From Octopus vulgaris (taxonomy: Eukaryota), in NCBI GenBank assembly GCA_951406725.2, contig OX597815.1:42966001-43030000 (forward strand): a DNA stretch of 64,000 bases, read 5' to 3'. The notes under the pieces are model-generated. The model did no database searches, was not told the origin of the DNA, and worked only from the letters and a program-made list of their open reading frames with translations. Below, one piece after another: positions 12,997 through 26,286 of the stretch. Within the stretch, counting starts at the first letter, position 1, and each line of letters opens with the position of its first letter. Position numbers and translations under genes: made by a program.

Positions 12997-13533
12997 GAGT
13001 GAGAGAGCAGTTCATGCCATCAAAGTGACACTGGGGTAAAATATACCCATCATGACTACCCGTCTGATAAAGGTACACCAGGCACATGCAACACAACCAT
13101 ATGTGCACGACATGGTGATCTCATATCAAGATAAACAGGACATGACCTTGCAGGTGGGGCCCAGTTAGAATTTTCTTCAGGTTGAGTAGCCCATCCCGCT
13201 CAAACGGTCCCTGAATAAGGGTTGTTTAAGGATGTTGAAACACCCATGTTTCCGAAGGTGAACTATTCAAACCCTAAAGAATCCCTCTCAACACATGGCT
13301 ATGATGCTCCTCCACTACTTCTGCTCGTAATCAGAGATGCACATATCGTCAGCCACTAAGGGACATGCTCAACTGGTTAAGGTCAAACAACTGACAAGCA
13401 AATCTGTGGTATTGAGCAGAATATTTGCTGTAGCCCATCTTTTATACCAAGACAAAACAATGTACATGATAAAACTTCCAATCAGTTAAGATCAGAAGCC
13501 ATGAGAGCCACTGCCTGGTACTGCATCAGGGCA
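12997..13533 (-). mobile_element. ~550-bp (AAT)n-associated element (copy 4)
   Basis: Reverse complement; (ATT)n flanks. Confidence 0.85.
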
Positions 13534-13614
13534 TTATTATTATTATTTGCTGTTGTTGTTGTTGTTGTTGTTATTAGTATTAATTGATATTTTTGTTTTC
13601 TTCGAAAATTTTAG

Positions 13615-13736
13615 CATTTTTGAATAAAATGAAAAACGTGGAAAATGTATACCGTCAGAAATTTTTGGAAAACTTTAATAAACGGAAAAAACAGTGTAGA
13701 CTGTCTTACTTGTCGCGGAGATCTCAGCGGATAAAT
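13615..13736 (+). CDS. Exon 2 ((A)FLNKMKNVENVYRQKFLENFNKRKKQCRLSYLSRRSQRIN)
   Basis: T-rich tract + TTTTAG acceptor, GTAAGT donor at 13737; 122 nt converts phase 1 to phase 0; open frame. Confidence 0.8.
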
Positions 13737-13859
13737 GTAAGTTTGATTATGGCGAGGTACCTGAATGAACTGATAATTTGGTGCAAACAAAATAGGTCGA
13801 AAAATGTGAGAGGCAACGAGGGCTGGGATATACAATGAGAGAGAGAGACAGATAATGCA

Positions 13860-14060
13860 CATCAGGACTGCGGAAACATATCTCCCTCGGATTATTACCT
13901 GTTCCGATCTATGGCTCGCTTCCTGTACTCGCGACGATTCCTCAACCAAGAGGAGATGAAGGCTTCAGTGAAAGAGTTCTTCGCCTCAAAGGACAAGAAC
14001 TGGTATCAAACAACTGAGAGAAAGGGTGGCATCAGACGGTGTAACACGATGGCCTGTTTC
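13860..14060 (+). mobile_element. mariner transposase C-terminal fragment
   Basis: SPSDYYLFRSMARFL..EFFASKDKNWYQ. Confidence 0.6.
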
Positions 14061-14601
14061 GACAGAAACGTTAGCACGCCGGGCGAAATGCTTAGGGTGG
14101 TATTTCATCTGTCTTTACGTTCTGAGTTCAAATTCCGCCGAGGTCGACTTTGCCTTTCATCCTTTCGAGATCGATAAATTAAGTACCAGTTGCGTACTAG
14201 GTTCAATCTAATCGACTGGCCCCCGCCTCTCCAAAAATTTCGGGCCTTGTGCCAAGAGTAGAAAAGAGAGTGAGAGATAGGTGTTCTTTAATCTTTATTC
14301 TTCAACTTGTTTCAGTCATTGAACTGCGACCATGATGGACACCACACCTTCGAGGTTCTAGTCGAATAAATGGACCCCAGTACTAATTCTTTTTAAGTCT
14401 GACACTTATTCTATCGGTCTCTTTTGCCGGGAAACAAACGGACACACACACACACTTGCGTGCGTGCGTACGTATGTATGTATGTATGTATGTATGTATG
14501 TATGTATGTATGTATGTATGTATGTATGTATGTATGATTGACTCTCCCGTCGAAGATGACGCATGAGTGTAACATCCTAAACACTAGGACATACACCTTC
14601 G

Positions 14602-14640
<39 letters not shown>

Positions 14641-14722
14641 ACACACATACACACACACACATACACGCGTTCCCTATTGTTCATAGTTTTTTATTGAATT
14701 TCAAATAATAAATATTGGTTGA

Positions 14723-14771
<49 letters not shown>

Positions 14772-14953
14772 GTCAACCACGTTAGCTCCTACACGCATTT
14801 TTTTCTCTCCTTGTTTTTTTCTGTGTATCTTTCTGTCAGAGAGCGTAGGCTCGAAACGTAAAAGACTTTTTCTATTCCTGAGCGCTATACTAATACATTT
14901 GTTTGTTTGTACTCCACCTGCCTTCGTCTTTTGTTTATTTTCGTAAACTTTGC

Positions 14954-15008
<55 letters not shown>

Positions 15009-15061
15009 TACTATATATATACATACTATTGAATTGCTTAATAGAGGTTTTTTCTCTAATT

Positions 15062-15104
<43 letters not shown>

Positions 15105-16069
15105 ACACACACATATATGTGCAACGGGCTTTCACAAGAAGACACTTGCCCAAGGTGTCTCACAGTGGGACTGAACTCAAAATTACATGGTTGAAAAGCT
15201 AGCTTCTTAACTATACAGGCGTACTGGTGCCTATATTGAAGAGAAATGCTAAGAAAGAGAGAAGATTGTAAACAAATTGGTATTATTACATATTTCTTCC
15301 ATGTCGTTTAGATTTTGCTACCACCACAGTTATTTCAAATACAAAGCGGCACATTAGTGCTATATATAGAATTTAATCCAGTCAGTCAACATACTGAGTT
15401 CAAATATAGCCAGGACAGGCTTCGCCTTCCATGTAATAAGTAAATAAATAAAAGTAATATTCTTACTGGTTGTCGAATCTGTGAACTATACTGCTCGACA
15501 AAATCTAGATACCAACTGTAATGATGAAGCTTTGTGGAAATAGGAAAGTAGAGAGAGAAAGTAAAATGGAGTGAAAAAGGATTTGCTGCTTACATAAGGC
15601 GCCACTTCAATCATCAATTACGTTCCAATTTGGAAGTCTGGCACTACGTCATTTTTATTGTTTCGTTATTTTATTTTTCTACCAGGTGTGCTACCAAATG
15701 AGGGAGATTACAAATATTGCTAAGAGCAAAGTGCTACAATGTTGATCTACATATAAATCCAACGCATAACTGAGTCAGATTTTCTTTCTTTTTGTAAACG
15801 TTGATGAAATCTTCCGAACATGAAATCATAACGTAGCTGGAGAATTCAAATTTCATTTGCTTATACAAAAGGGCGAAAAATCTCGACTATAAGCGCAGGC
15901 GTGGCTATATGGTTAAGATGCTTTCTTTCCAACCACGTGATCTTGGGTTCAGTTCCTTTGCGTGGCATCCTGTGAAAGTGTCTTTTACTATAGCGCCGGG
16001 CTGACTAAATACTTGTAAGTGGATTTGGGAGACGGATATTGAAAGAAGCCCATCGTAATTATATGAATG

Positions 16070-17366
16070 GTATTCGGGCTAAATTTGGCGATTTTTTTAA
16101 ATGTCTTCTTTTTCCAGGAACAATTTAATGAACAGTCAAAGGCGTTAGAGAGCATTAGAATTTAAGGTGTAGGTGAGAAAAAGCTAGCTGACATGTAGGA
16201 CTGGATGCCATTTAAAAATTAGACAAGGGGTACCTGTATCATGATGATTCGTGTCGGGTGTCAGAATGTCGACATTACGACTGCTGCTCAATGCTCTGTG
16301 AACACTGTAAAGGCTGAAAGACGTGACATGGACAGCTGCAACGGAAACCAAAAATCTGGTCAGCAGAAAGGGATTTAACGTGTTCTGACAGCGTCCGCAC
16401 ACCGGAATTCGTCCTCACTCTTTTGAACAGGGCCTTAGGCTCATTTCAAATGGCTATGTGAAACTGCTGGGGACAATGATCAAACTCTGCCTGGAGAGGG
16501 TTGCTGCTGGAAGACCATATGTGTAGCAGTAGGATTCGGCTCCTTAAGGCGGCGAGCTGGCAGAATCGTTAGCACGCCGGGCGAAATGCTTAGTGGTAAT
16601 TCGTCAGCCGTTAGTTCTGAGTTCAAATTCCGCCGAGGTCGATTTTACCTTTCATCCTTTCGGGGTACCAGTTACGCACTGGGGTCAATATAATCGACTT
16701 AATCCATTTGTCTGTCCTTGTATGTCCTCTCTGTGTTTAGCCCCTTGTGGGTAGTAAAGAAATAGAAATAGGTATTTTGTCTGCCGCTACGTTCTGAGTT
16801 CAAAATTCCGCCGAGGTCGATTTTGCCTTTCATCCTTTCGGGGTACCAGTTACGCACTGGGGTCGATATAATCGTCTTAATCCATTTGTCTGTCCTTGTA
16901 TGTCCTCTCTGTGTTTAGCTCCTTGTGGGTAGTAAAGAAATATGATTCGGCTCCTTGCCATTCACCCGGAAAGAGTCAGAAGTTGTTGGAAAATATCTAC
17001 GATTTCATCAGCCCCAATTTCTGGCCTCCTTGTTCCTCCAATTATAATCACATGGTTTACTATGTGTGAGGTGAAGTTGAGAAAGACACCAACCACTCTG
17101 CTTCAAAACCAAGACGGAGGTGATGGCCAAAATCTAGGAAACGTTCGATCTTCCCAAGGACACAGTGAGAAAAGCATGCGCCAGATTCTGGATCCGTCTT
17201 GAGGCCGGGGTGGAAGCCGAGGGTAGCTATTTTGAGTAAACTGTTATGTCCCAGCCATAATCTAGTTAATATCGTTTGATTTAAAAAAAAATACTTTTAT
17301 TTTTAGATGGGATATTGTTTTCTTTTCCTTTTATGCAAACTATCAAATTTAACCGGAACACTCTGC
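16070..17366 (+). mobile_element. Tc1/mariner-superfamily (maT/DD37D-like) fossil interrupted by a SINE dimer
   Basis: QxDSAPCH and FWPPCSS..MVYYV remnants; SINE dimer at 16548-16943 flanked by the duplicated target GATTCGGCTCCTT. Confidence 0.6.
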
Positions 17367-17819
17367 ATATACGTGTGTGTGTGTGTGTGTGAGAGAGAGT
17401 GTAGTGTGAGAGAGAGAGAGAGAAAGGGAGAGAGAGAGTGTGTGTGTGTGTTTATGTGTGAGGGGAGGTGGGGATGGGGGCATCTGTCTGTGTATTTGTA
17501 TTCGTCTTTGCGCGTATATTTGTCCTCACCACCGTTTAATCATAGGCGTTATTTTTTTTTTTTTTTGTACATCCCCGTAACATAGCGGTGCGGCAAAAGA
17601 GTCAAACAGAATAAGTAACAGGTTTGAAAGAAAAAAAAAGTAAGTACTGGGGTCGATTTGTTCAAGTAAACCCTTCAAGGCTGGAATCCAATGATTGAAG
17701 TAAGTATAAGATAAAAGATAATGTAAACTTCTGTTTAACATTTACAATGTTTACTCAAAGATGTGACAGTTGGGAGTTTGTCGCTTGATTAATTTTTTAT
17801 TAGTCTTGTTTGATTTCAG

Positions 17820-17963
17820 TTGCAAGAAGTTTCCGGACAGATACTTAAGAAGAAAAAATTGTTCCCTGGTGAGGAAGAACGAAAATCATCACCGGAAAAA
17901 GACGTAGAAGGTCCGGAAGATGTTCGAAGACAAATCGCAGAATTTGAAAGGAAGAACAAAATA
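17820..17963 (+). CDS. Exon 3 (LQEVSGQILKKKKLFPGEEERKSSPEKDVEGPEDVRRQIAEFERKNKI)
   Basis: TTTCAG acceptor, GTAAAT donor, 144 nt, phase 0/0, purine-rich open frame. Confidence 0.8.
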
Positions 17964-18027
17964 GTAAATATTTTGTATAGCATTTTGAAGAAAAAACAGC
18001 TGAAACAATAAATACACATTTTGAATA

Positions 18028-18192
<165 letters not shown>

Positions 18193-18598
18193 CATATACA
18201 AATATATACACATATTCTTCATATTCCTTTCCTTCTCTTTATATACATGAATAGGTATGTGCATAATTAAATGAGCGTGGCAATACACATATATGATGTT
18301 GTATATGCATAATACTTATGCCCTCTTTCTTTCTTACTTTCTTTCTATCTTTCTTCCTTTCTTCCTTTCATTCTTTCTTTCTTATCATAATAATTCGCAT
18401 TCAAAATTTTTTATCTGTTTACTCGGGGACGGACACTTGCTGCTCCAGAAGTATTCCTGTCTTTTAAAAAAAAACCTTTGTCCTTGATCATAGAAGTAAA
18501 ACTATCTCATTCTTTTCACTGCGTTTCCTGATTTTCAATGAGGCCGTTTCACTTACATTCACTCAAGCATCTAATTGATATCCAACAGAATACACATG

Positions 18599-18685
<87 letters not shown>

Positions 18686-18699
18686 GCACACACACACAT

Positions 18700-18933
18700 T
18701 CTTCTACTTGTTACAGCCGTTTGACTACGGTCATGCTGGAGCCCCGCCTTGAAGGGTTTTAGCCAAATAAATCAACCTCAGGTTTTATTTTTTAAAGCCT
18801 AGTACTTATTCTATCGGTTTTCTTTTGCGGAACCGCTAAGTTACGGGGACGTAAACACATCAACATCAGTTGTCAAGCAGTAACGGGGGAGACAAACACA
18901 GACACAAGGACACACACAAACGCGCGCACACAC

Positions 18934-18984
<51 letters not shown>

Positions 18985-19149
18985 ACAGGCTTCTTTCAGT
19001 CTCCGTCCACCAAATCCTCTCACAAGGGTTTGGTCGGCCGGCCGGAAGTTGTAGTAGAAGACTATTGCCCAAGGTTCAACGCTGTGGAATTGAGTCCAGA
19101 ACTGTGTGGTTGGGAAGCAAACTTCTACCACACAGCCACGCCTGCGCCT
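18700..19149 (-). mobile_element. tRNA-derived SINE family 3 with internal (CA)n; related copies at 15891-16056, 28895-29305, 50125-50480, 63445-63600
   Basis: GGCGCAGGCGTGGCTGTGTGGTA head and a shared GGCCGACCAAA.CCTTGTGAG..GATTTGG core. Confidence 0.75.
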
Positions 19150-19650
19150 ATATATATATATATATGTACAAATTGAGATAGGGGTTGTAAATGCAACCCT
19201 CCATGGGATAACATATATCCAATATACTGCTAGTGAAGTACCCAACAAAGTTAATACATAAATGTTAATGATTGCGATGCAATCAATTCATTTACTGTAT
19301 TATATGGGCAAAGGTAAAAATGATTTACCACAAATTACTAATACAAGATAAGATAATGGAAAAATACATCTAAATCAAATATCAGTTACACGATAATACT
19401 CAATCACATACTTTAATAAACCACCACATAAGAGACTGTAGGGTTACATATAAAAAGCAGAACAAATCAGTGTACATACAGTAGTGTACATAAAAAAGTG
19501 TACATAAAAGAGTAATGATGTATAATAAGTATATGTGATTGAGTATTATCGTGTAATTGATATTTGATTTAGATGTATTTCTCCATTTTCTTATCTTGTA
19601 TATATATATATGTATATATGTATGTATATGTGTGTGTGTATGCATATATG

Positions 19651-19690
<40 letters not shown>

Positions 19691-19744
19691 TGTACTCGCA
19701 TAGCAAGTAATTTGATCTGAGATCGTGTGCTGAAACGAAAACAA

Positions 19745-19955
19745 TTAAGAAACACACAAAAGCCGTTCGATTCACTTCAACATTTAAGTTTAATTTTTCA
19801 AAATATTTTCGTCGCTAAAATCCGCGACCTGACAAAAATTCTGTGCTGCACGGATTTTTGTCAGTGAACAGGTCGCGGATTTTAGCGACGAAAATATTTT
19901 GACAAATTAAACTTAAATGTTGAAGTGAATCGAACGGCTTTTGTGTGTTTCTTAA
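19745..19955. repeat. ~210-bp near-perfect inverted repeat
   Basis: TTAAGAAACACACAAAAGCCGTTCG... pairs with ...CGAACGGCTTTTGTGTGTTTCTTAA. Confidence 0.9.
19857..19906 (+). ncRNA. Hammerhead-like motif with G3-C8 swapped core
   Basis: UUUGUCA-GUGAACA-G-GUCGC(8 nt)GCGAC-GAAA-AUAUUU-UGACAAA: 7-bp stem I, 5-bp stem II, palindromic stem III. Confidence 0.55.
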
Positions 19956-20004
19956 ATGGCTTATAAACACCTTCCACGCTGCAATTACATATATATATAT
20001 ATAC

Positions 20005-20352
20005 ACATAAATATGAGAGAGTGACCACTATGTGGTCTACTCTAGTGCTAAAAATAGATCCACTATGGTATAGCCACTAAAAAATTGTTTCCAAGGAGAA
20101 ATAACACAACATTTAACGTGGGGCAAGTGAAAAATAACGAAAAATAGATTAACCCTGAACAATTGTTTCATTATTTCATTAATAATGAAACAATTGTTCA
20201 GGTTTAATCTATTTTTTCGTTATTTTTCACTTGCCCCACGTTAAACGTTGTGTTATTTCTCCTTGGAAACAATTTTTTAGTGGCTATACCATAGTGGATC
20301 TATTTTTAGCACTAGAGTAGACCACATAGTGGTCACTCTCTCATATTTATGT
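20005..20352. repeat. ~350-bp near-perfect palindrome
   Basis: Arms of about 170 bp with few mismatches, centred near 20178. Confidence 0.9.
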
Positions 20353-20448
20353 ATAAATTTGTATTGTATCCCTGATTTTTATCTGCTAAGCCACTTGGTG
20401 TTAAATTGATGGTATTATTAAATTAATATCAAATTTTTCACCCTCATT

Positions 20449-20488
<40 letters not shown>

Positions 20489-20579
20489 GGTGAGTATATA
20501 TATGCGCGTGTGCGAGCATGTATGTATGTATATATATATATGTGTGTTTGTGTGTGTGTGTTTATATATACTTTGATAA

Positions 20580-23310
20580 TTTGATAGGTTTCGGTCAGTA
20601 TTGGCCCAGGCCATGTCTAACCAAATAGCACCACCTGGCAATGACATTTTAATCAGGAATCGGGGAATATGGCCCACTTAAGTAAAAAGTTATTGTTTAC
20701 GCACACATATCTGGGTGTAGGAGGTTTATCCAGGATTTTTTAAAGGAATTTGTCTAAAGACTTCTTGAACTTTATGGGGTCTGTCTCTACTTTAATGTGT
20801 TTTGGTGTAATGTTAAAGAGAGCGGGGTCTATTGAAGTGAAATAATTGTCACGTATTGTTATGTGATGCAAGTATGATTTTTGTTGTGGGCAGATAGCAC
20901 GAGGCCCAAATCTTGGGTGTATCTTAAAGGCAATGCCAACATCATTTGGGCAATGCTGATGGAATATTTTCCACATCATGTAGATGAAGTAGCGTACTCG
21001 GCGGCGTTGGAGAGAATAAAGAATATATATATATAGTAGTTGAACTGTATAGACCACCTCAAACACCCGTACTGCACTTTAATGAATGCCTCAACAACAT
21101 TATGTGCTTTTTTTCAAAAGTACCATTCTAATAACATAATCATGATGGGAGATTTCAATCTACCCTGTGTTGATTGGTCTACAAGTAGTTTGAAATCAGG
21201 CACTCCCACCTCAAATGCTGACAAAGAAGCAGTAGAGTTACTTCTCGACTTTATGAATAAGTTTCTCTTGTCCCAACTTGTCCTTGCACCAACAAGATAT
21301 CAGAACATTTTAGACCCTGTGTTTAGTAACAACACAAACACTATACACAATATCACAATGGAAAAATCCTTGTTTCAGACCATGACATGGTTCTTTGTAA
21401 CCTGAGATTCCACTAGCCGAAAGCTAACCCCAATGATCTCTCTCCAGCCCACCATGGATCTCTATGATGCCGACTGGGACGCCTTCATAAACGATCTATC
21501 ACATTTTGACTGGTCTTTCACGCATGCACACACCTCCTCCAGCATCAAAATATCTTGGCAAATCTTTCTGGACACTGTCACAAACATATGTGCTAAACAC
21601 ACCCCATCAAGACCCGTGAAGGAAACTAAGCACAGAATTCTCCAAAACAAAAAACGATTATCAGAGAAATAAAAAGAACAAACAAAAAAATAACGAACTA
21701 AAATACTGCCAACAACCATACATAAATTCGACGGCTATCACCCTGCTTGAATCAAAAAAGTATAACTTCCAACAATACATGAAGACCATCATCAATAACC
21801 AAGGAACGGTTGAGAAGAAATGGGCCACTGAGAAAATCAAACTCAACACCAAAGTGTTCTTCAACTTTGCGAAAAACACATGGTCACTGTCTTCATTGTT
21901 GGTCCTCTAATTGATGATAATGGCACTCTCCAAGATAATGCCAAAACCTTGAGTGAGATACTGCAGAAACAGTGCTGCTCTGTTTTTAGCAATTCTAATA
22001 TGACCGATCTGGACTGTATCATGTTAATCCTGAACACACTATATCGGACATGACGTTTGTCGCCTTTGATGTCTTAGCGGCAATAAACGAAATTAAATAC
22101 AATTCAGGTTCCTTGCTTGTGTCCTGAAAGTGTGTCGACACCGACTTGCATCTCCTCTTGTTGATCTGTGGAGGAACTCGCTGGATGCTGGTTATATTCC
22201 TGAAAACTTTCTGTCCCAGTCTGTTGTCTCAGTTTTCAAAAAGGGAAACAAGTTCTTGCAGTGAACTACCGGCCGATCTCGCTCACCTCTCATATCATCA
22301 AGGTATTTGAGAGGTTGGTGAGATTACGGATAACCCACTTTCTTGAAAGTAACACACAGCTGAACCCCAACCAACATGGAATCCGTAATGAAAGAAACTG
22401 CATAACGCAGGTCCTGCATCACCATGATGACATTTTGAGAGCATTGAGAGAGGGCTCGAATACTAATGTCATCTACCTTGATTTTAGCAAGACTTTTGAC
22501 AGGATGGGTCATAAGAACCTCTTGAAAAAATTATCCAATATTGGTGTTTCTGGAAAGTTACAACAATGGATCAAGTGTTTCCTGACAGGCAGAACCCAAC
22601 ACGTTGTAGTTGACGGAGTAAAATCAAACCCAGCCAAAGTCAGTAGTGATGTTCCTCAAGGTACTGTGTTGGGCCCATTTCTTTTCATCATCTACATCAA
22701 TGACATCATGAAGCACAGTAACATAAGAAGCTTTGCAGATAATTCCAAGATCCAGAAGATCATCAATGAAGTGGGTAACCGGACATGTTTTCAGTCAGAT
22801 CTATTAGCTGTCATCCAATGGGCGGAAAAGAATGATATGCTACTGAATGAGGACACATTTGAGTTAATCCACTTCGGAAAAGAGGATACTCTGAAACTCC
22901 CATACTCCCTTCCTTCATGTGAAACTCTCATGGCATCCAAGAACATCAGAGACTTGGGAGTAATTGTGGACAACAACATAAGCTGAGCCGCTCATATAAA
23001 CAGCAAAGTTGACATGGCCCACAGAATGTGCTCCTGGATTCTCAGAACTTTCCAGTCGAGAGATATCCCCACCATTATCCTTCTGTTCTCCCTTTTTGCC
23101 CGACCACAGCTTGAATACTGTTGTCCACTATGGTCTCTTCACACGAAACACAGTATTATCAAAATTGAAGCATCTCAAACGTCAATTACAAAAAATATAG
23201 ATGGCATGACAGACTTTGACTATTGGGGTCGACTAGAAAAGCTCAAGCTTTATTCTCTCCAACGCCGCCGAGTACGCTACTTCATCTACATGATGTGGAA
23301 AATATTCCAT
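20580..23310. mobile_element. CR1/L2-group LINE with internal inversion (EN-RT on + 21040-23310; 3' end on - 21021-20580)
   Basis: MGDFNLP, NYRPISLTSHIIKVFE, YLDFSKTFD, VPQGTVLGPFLF, FADNSK, RPQLEYCCPLW and LKLYSLQRRR motifs; the continuation is on the opposite strand. Confidence 0.85.
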
Positions 23311-23833
23311 AAATGCCAGGTTTAACAAAAAGTAAGTCGTGGGATCGATGAATTCGATTAAAAATTCTTCAGTGTGGTGACCCAGTATGGCTGCAGTCTT
23401 ATGATTGAAACACGTAAAAGATAACAGATAAAAAATACAGAAGTCGGCAACCTACAATTCACAGACACTACGTTTCGCTATTTGGTGGATGGGGGGAGGC
23501 AGTTCGATTTTCCTCGAACTATATGTCATTCTTCATGGTTATCAAGCCCCATTCACTTCTCTTCAATATGAGATGTTCCCAATTAACTGTAATGATGATC
23601 AAGGATTTAATGTTTTTTGTGACGTCATGAAATTTCTTTTTTTAGTTACTCGTAGGGACACCGTATTTCGTTATATAACCATAGTATACTACTAAATATA
23701 TTAAAGTCAATACCGTGTCCTACCTGTGTTAGCAGTGCGATTAAATCACTTTTTAAAGTTATTTCTACAGATTTTTCTATACCTAATTATATTTGGTAGT
23801 TATTTAAGCAATGTGTTCGTGGTTAGTTAATGT

Positions 23834-23878
23834 GGTGCTGAAGATGGAGCAAGAACTCCTGAAATATGCATATACACC
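23834..23878 (+). ncRNA. Minimal hammerhead motif
   Basis: GGUG-CUGAAGA-U-GGAG(caagaa)CUCC-U-GAAA-UAUGCAUA-UA-CACC. Confidence 0.55.
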
Positions 23879-24661
23879 CATTACCTATATTCTATCTTCG
23901 ATTGCTTTGTTTACATAGACGTGTTCGTATACGAAAGGTGCGAGCTTTCAGTGCTGGCTATAATATCTATAGAAAACCTGTAGAAATAATTTCAAAAATT
24001 GTTTTGTCTTGGTTTGTGTTAAGGACGTTTACCGAGAACTAATTCATCATGAAGTAATTGCTTATGGAAGCCTAAAATCAAGATAGGTGATATGACCTGC
24101 CCATCGAATATATATTTGATGAGCCAACTTTTCATCTTGAAATACACTTTTCCACCAGTATTTGCATCAAGTGTAAAAGATCTTCAGCTGATGTTTGATG
24201 CTTCAATATGGCGTCCGTGTCTCAGATGAATATTGCAGAGATAAGAAGACGCTAGTGTCATATATGCAAAGTAGTAATTCAATAATTTTAGCCATAATCA
24301 TTAAGTCTGAAATTTGAAGATTATATCGACTCCGACAGAAATTGTATCAACACCAATCATTGACTCGTACTTTATTTTTTCAATCTTAAAAAAAAAGAAA
24401 AATGTAAAGCAATAGTGACTTCAGTGCGATTTGAACTCAAAACATTAAAAAAAAACTGGAATAAAAATCGTAAAGCACTTTAATTCTTCTAACAATAAGC
24501 GCAAAGCCTGAACTTTTGAGTGGAGGGGGTCTAAACGGGAAGAAATGCCTTTAAACATTTTGTCCGACGTATCAACAACTTAATAGTAATTATGGTATTA
24601 ACTACAAGATCCATTAATAACTAAAAAGTTGTTTTTTTTAAATACGTAATCTGCCAGATCG

Positions 24662-25283
<622 letters not shown>

Positions 25284-25776
25284 CTCTTGAAATCGCAGGC
25301 TTTGATTCGAAGTTGAATTAGTCTCCATTACTAGTCTGTCGATAGCGTGCGCCGCAAGTTCGTCTTTGGTTGGAAACTCAAATGATGCATAGAAAGGCCA
25401 GGCACATTAAACAATTATGTCTCACCTCCCGTTTAGTCCAAAACTTTAATACTAAATTAATTTTCTCTATCTTTTTTTAACCAGCTTTTCTGCTGGTTAG
25501 AAAAGACTGAAAGAGAAAAAAGTCTGATTCTTCTTAATGCTAATCTATTGTAGTTTTGATGCGGATGTGAATTTAATGCACACATCTCACTCAATCTGGC
25601 GGCTCGTTCGTACACATTACTCCTAAAAACTTTTGAACTAGTTAAAACCTAATAGAATCATTCAAAACTAAATTACTGGTATCAAAGCTGGCAAAAATCA
25701 TGGCCATAAGTTGTATTAAATTTTCTTAATTTAGGTTTGTCTCGTATGTGAATTTGCTTCTTCTTTTCACTTTCAG

Positions 25777-25908
25777 ACATTAGTAACAACCGGCTTGTTA
25801 TTCCATTACACAAGGTTTGATGCATTAAGACCAAAAAGGCATGAGCACTCGAAATATTTTGAAGTAGTGCATGAAGAGAATTTCGACGAAGATTCGGATC
25901 CATGCTTA
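25777..25908 (+). CDS. Exon 4 (TLVTTGLLFHYTRFDALRPKRHEHSKYFEVVHEENFDEDSDPCL)
   Basis: Strong polypyrimidine tract + TTTCAG, GTAATT donor, 132 nt, phase 0/0. Confidence 0.7.
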
Positions 25909-26244
25909 GTAATTCATATTTTATGTAACGAAATTGGTGTTATCTATATCATTCTTTTCGGGAAATCGAGGACCTCTTTTATTAATAAACATTAATTCTA
26001 CACATACACGTATACAAACCATACACATATGTGGAGATCAAGTCTCTCACATCGTATTAAGAAGTCGAATAAGCCATATGTTGTCCATGATATTGATATA
26101 TTACCACTCCAAAATGCTGATATTACAAACTATTTAACAATGACTGCCAAGGCTTTTACAGCTAAGTTTTAGCGATGGGATAAAACCGGGGTTAAATTAG
26201 AAACGTTTGAAATACGCATGTTACACATACATATACATACATAG

Positions 26245-26286
<42 letters not shown>

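Noticed and set aside
22261-22986. 241-aa ORF as a host gene or active RT
   Set aside because: Part of a disrupted LINE; the catalytic FADD is mutated to FADN, with flanking frameshifts.
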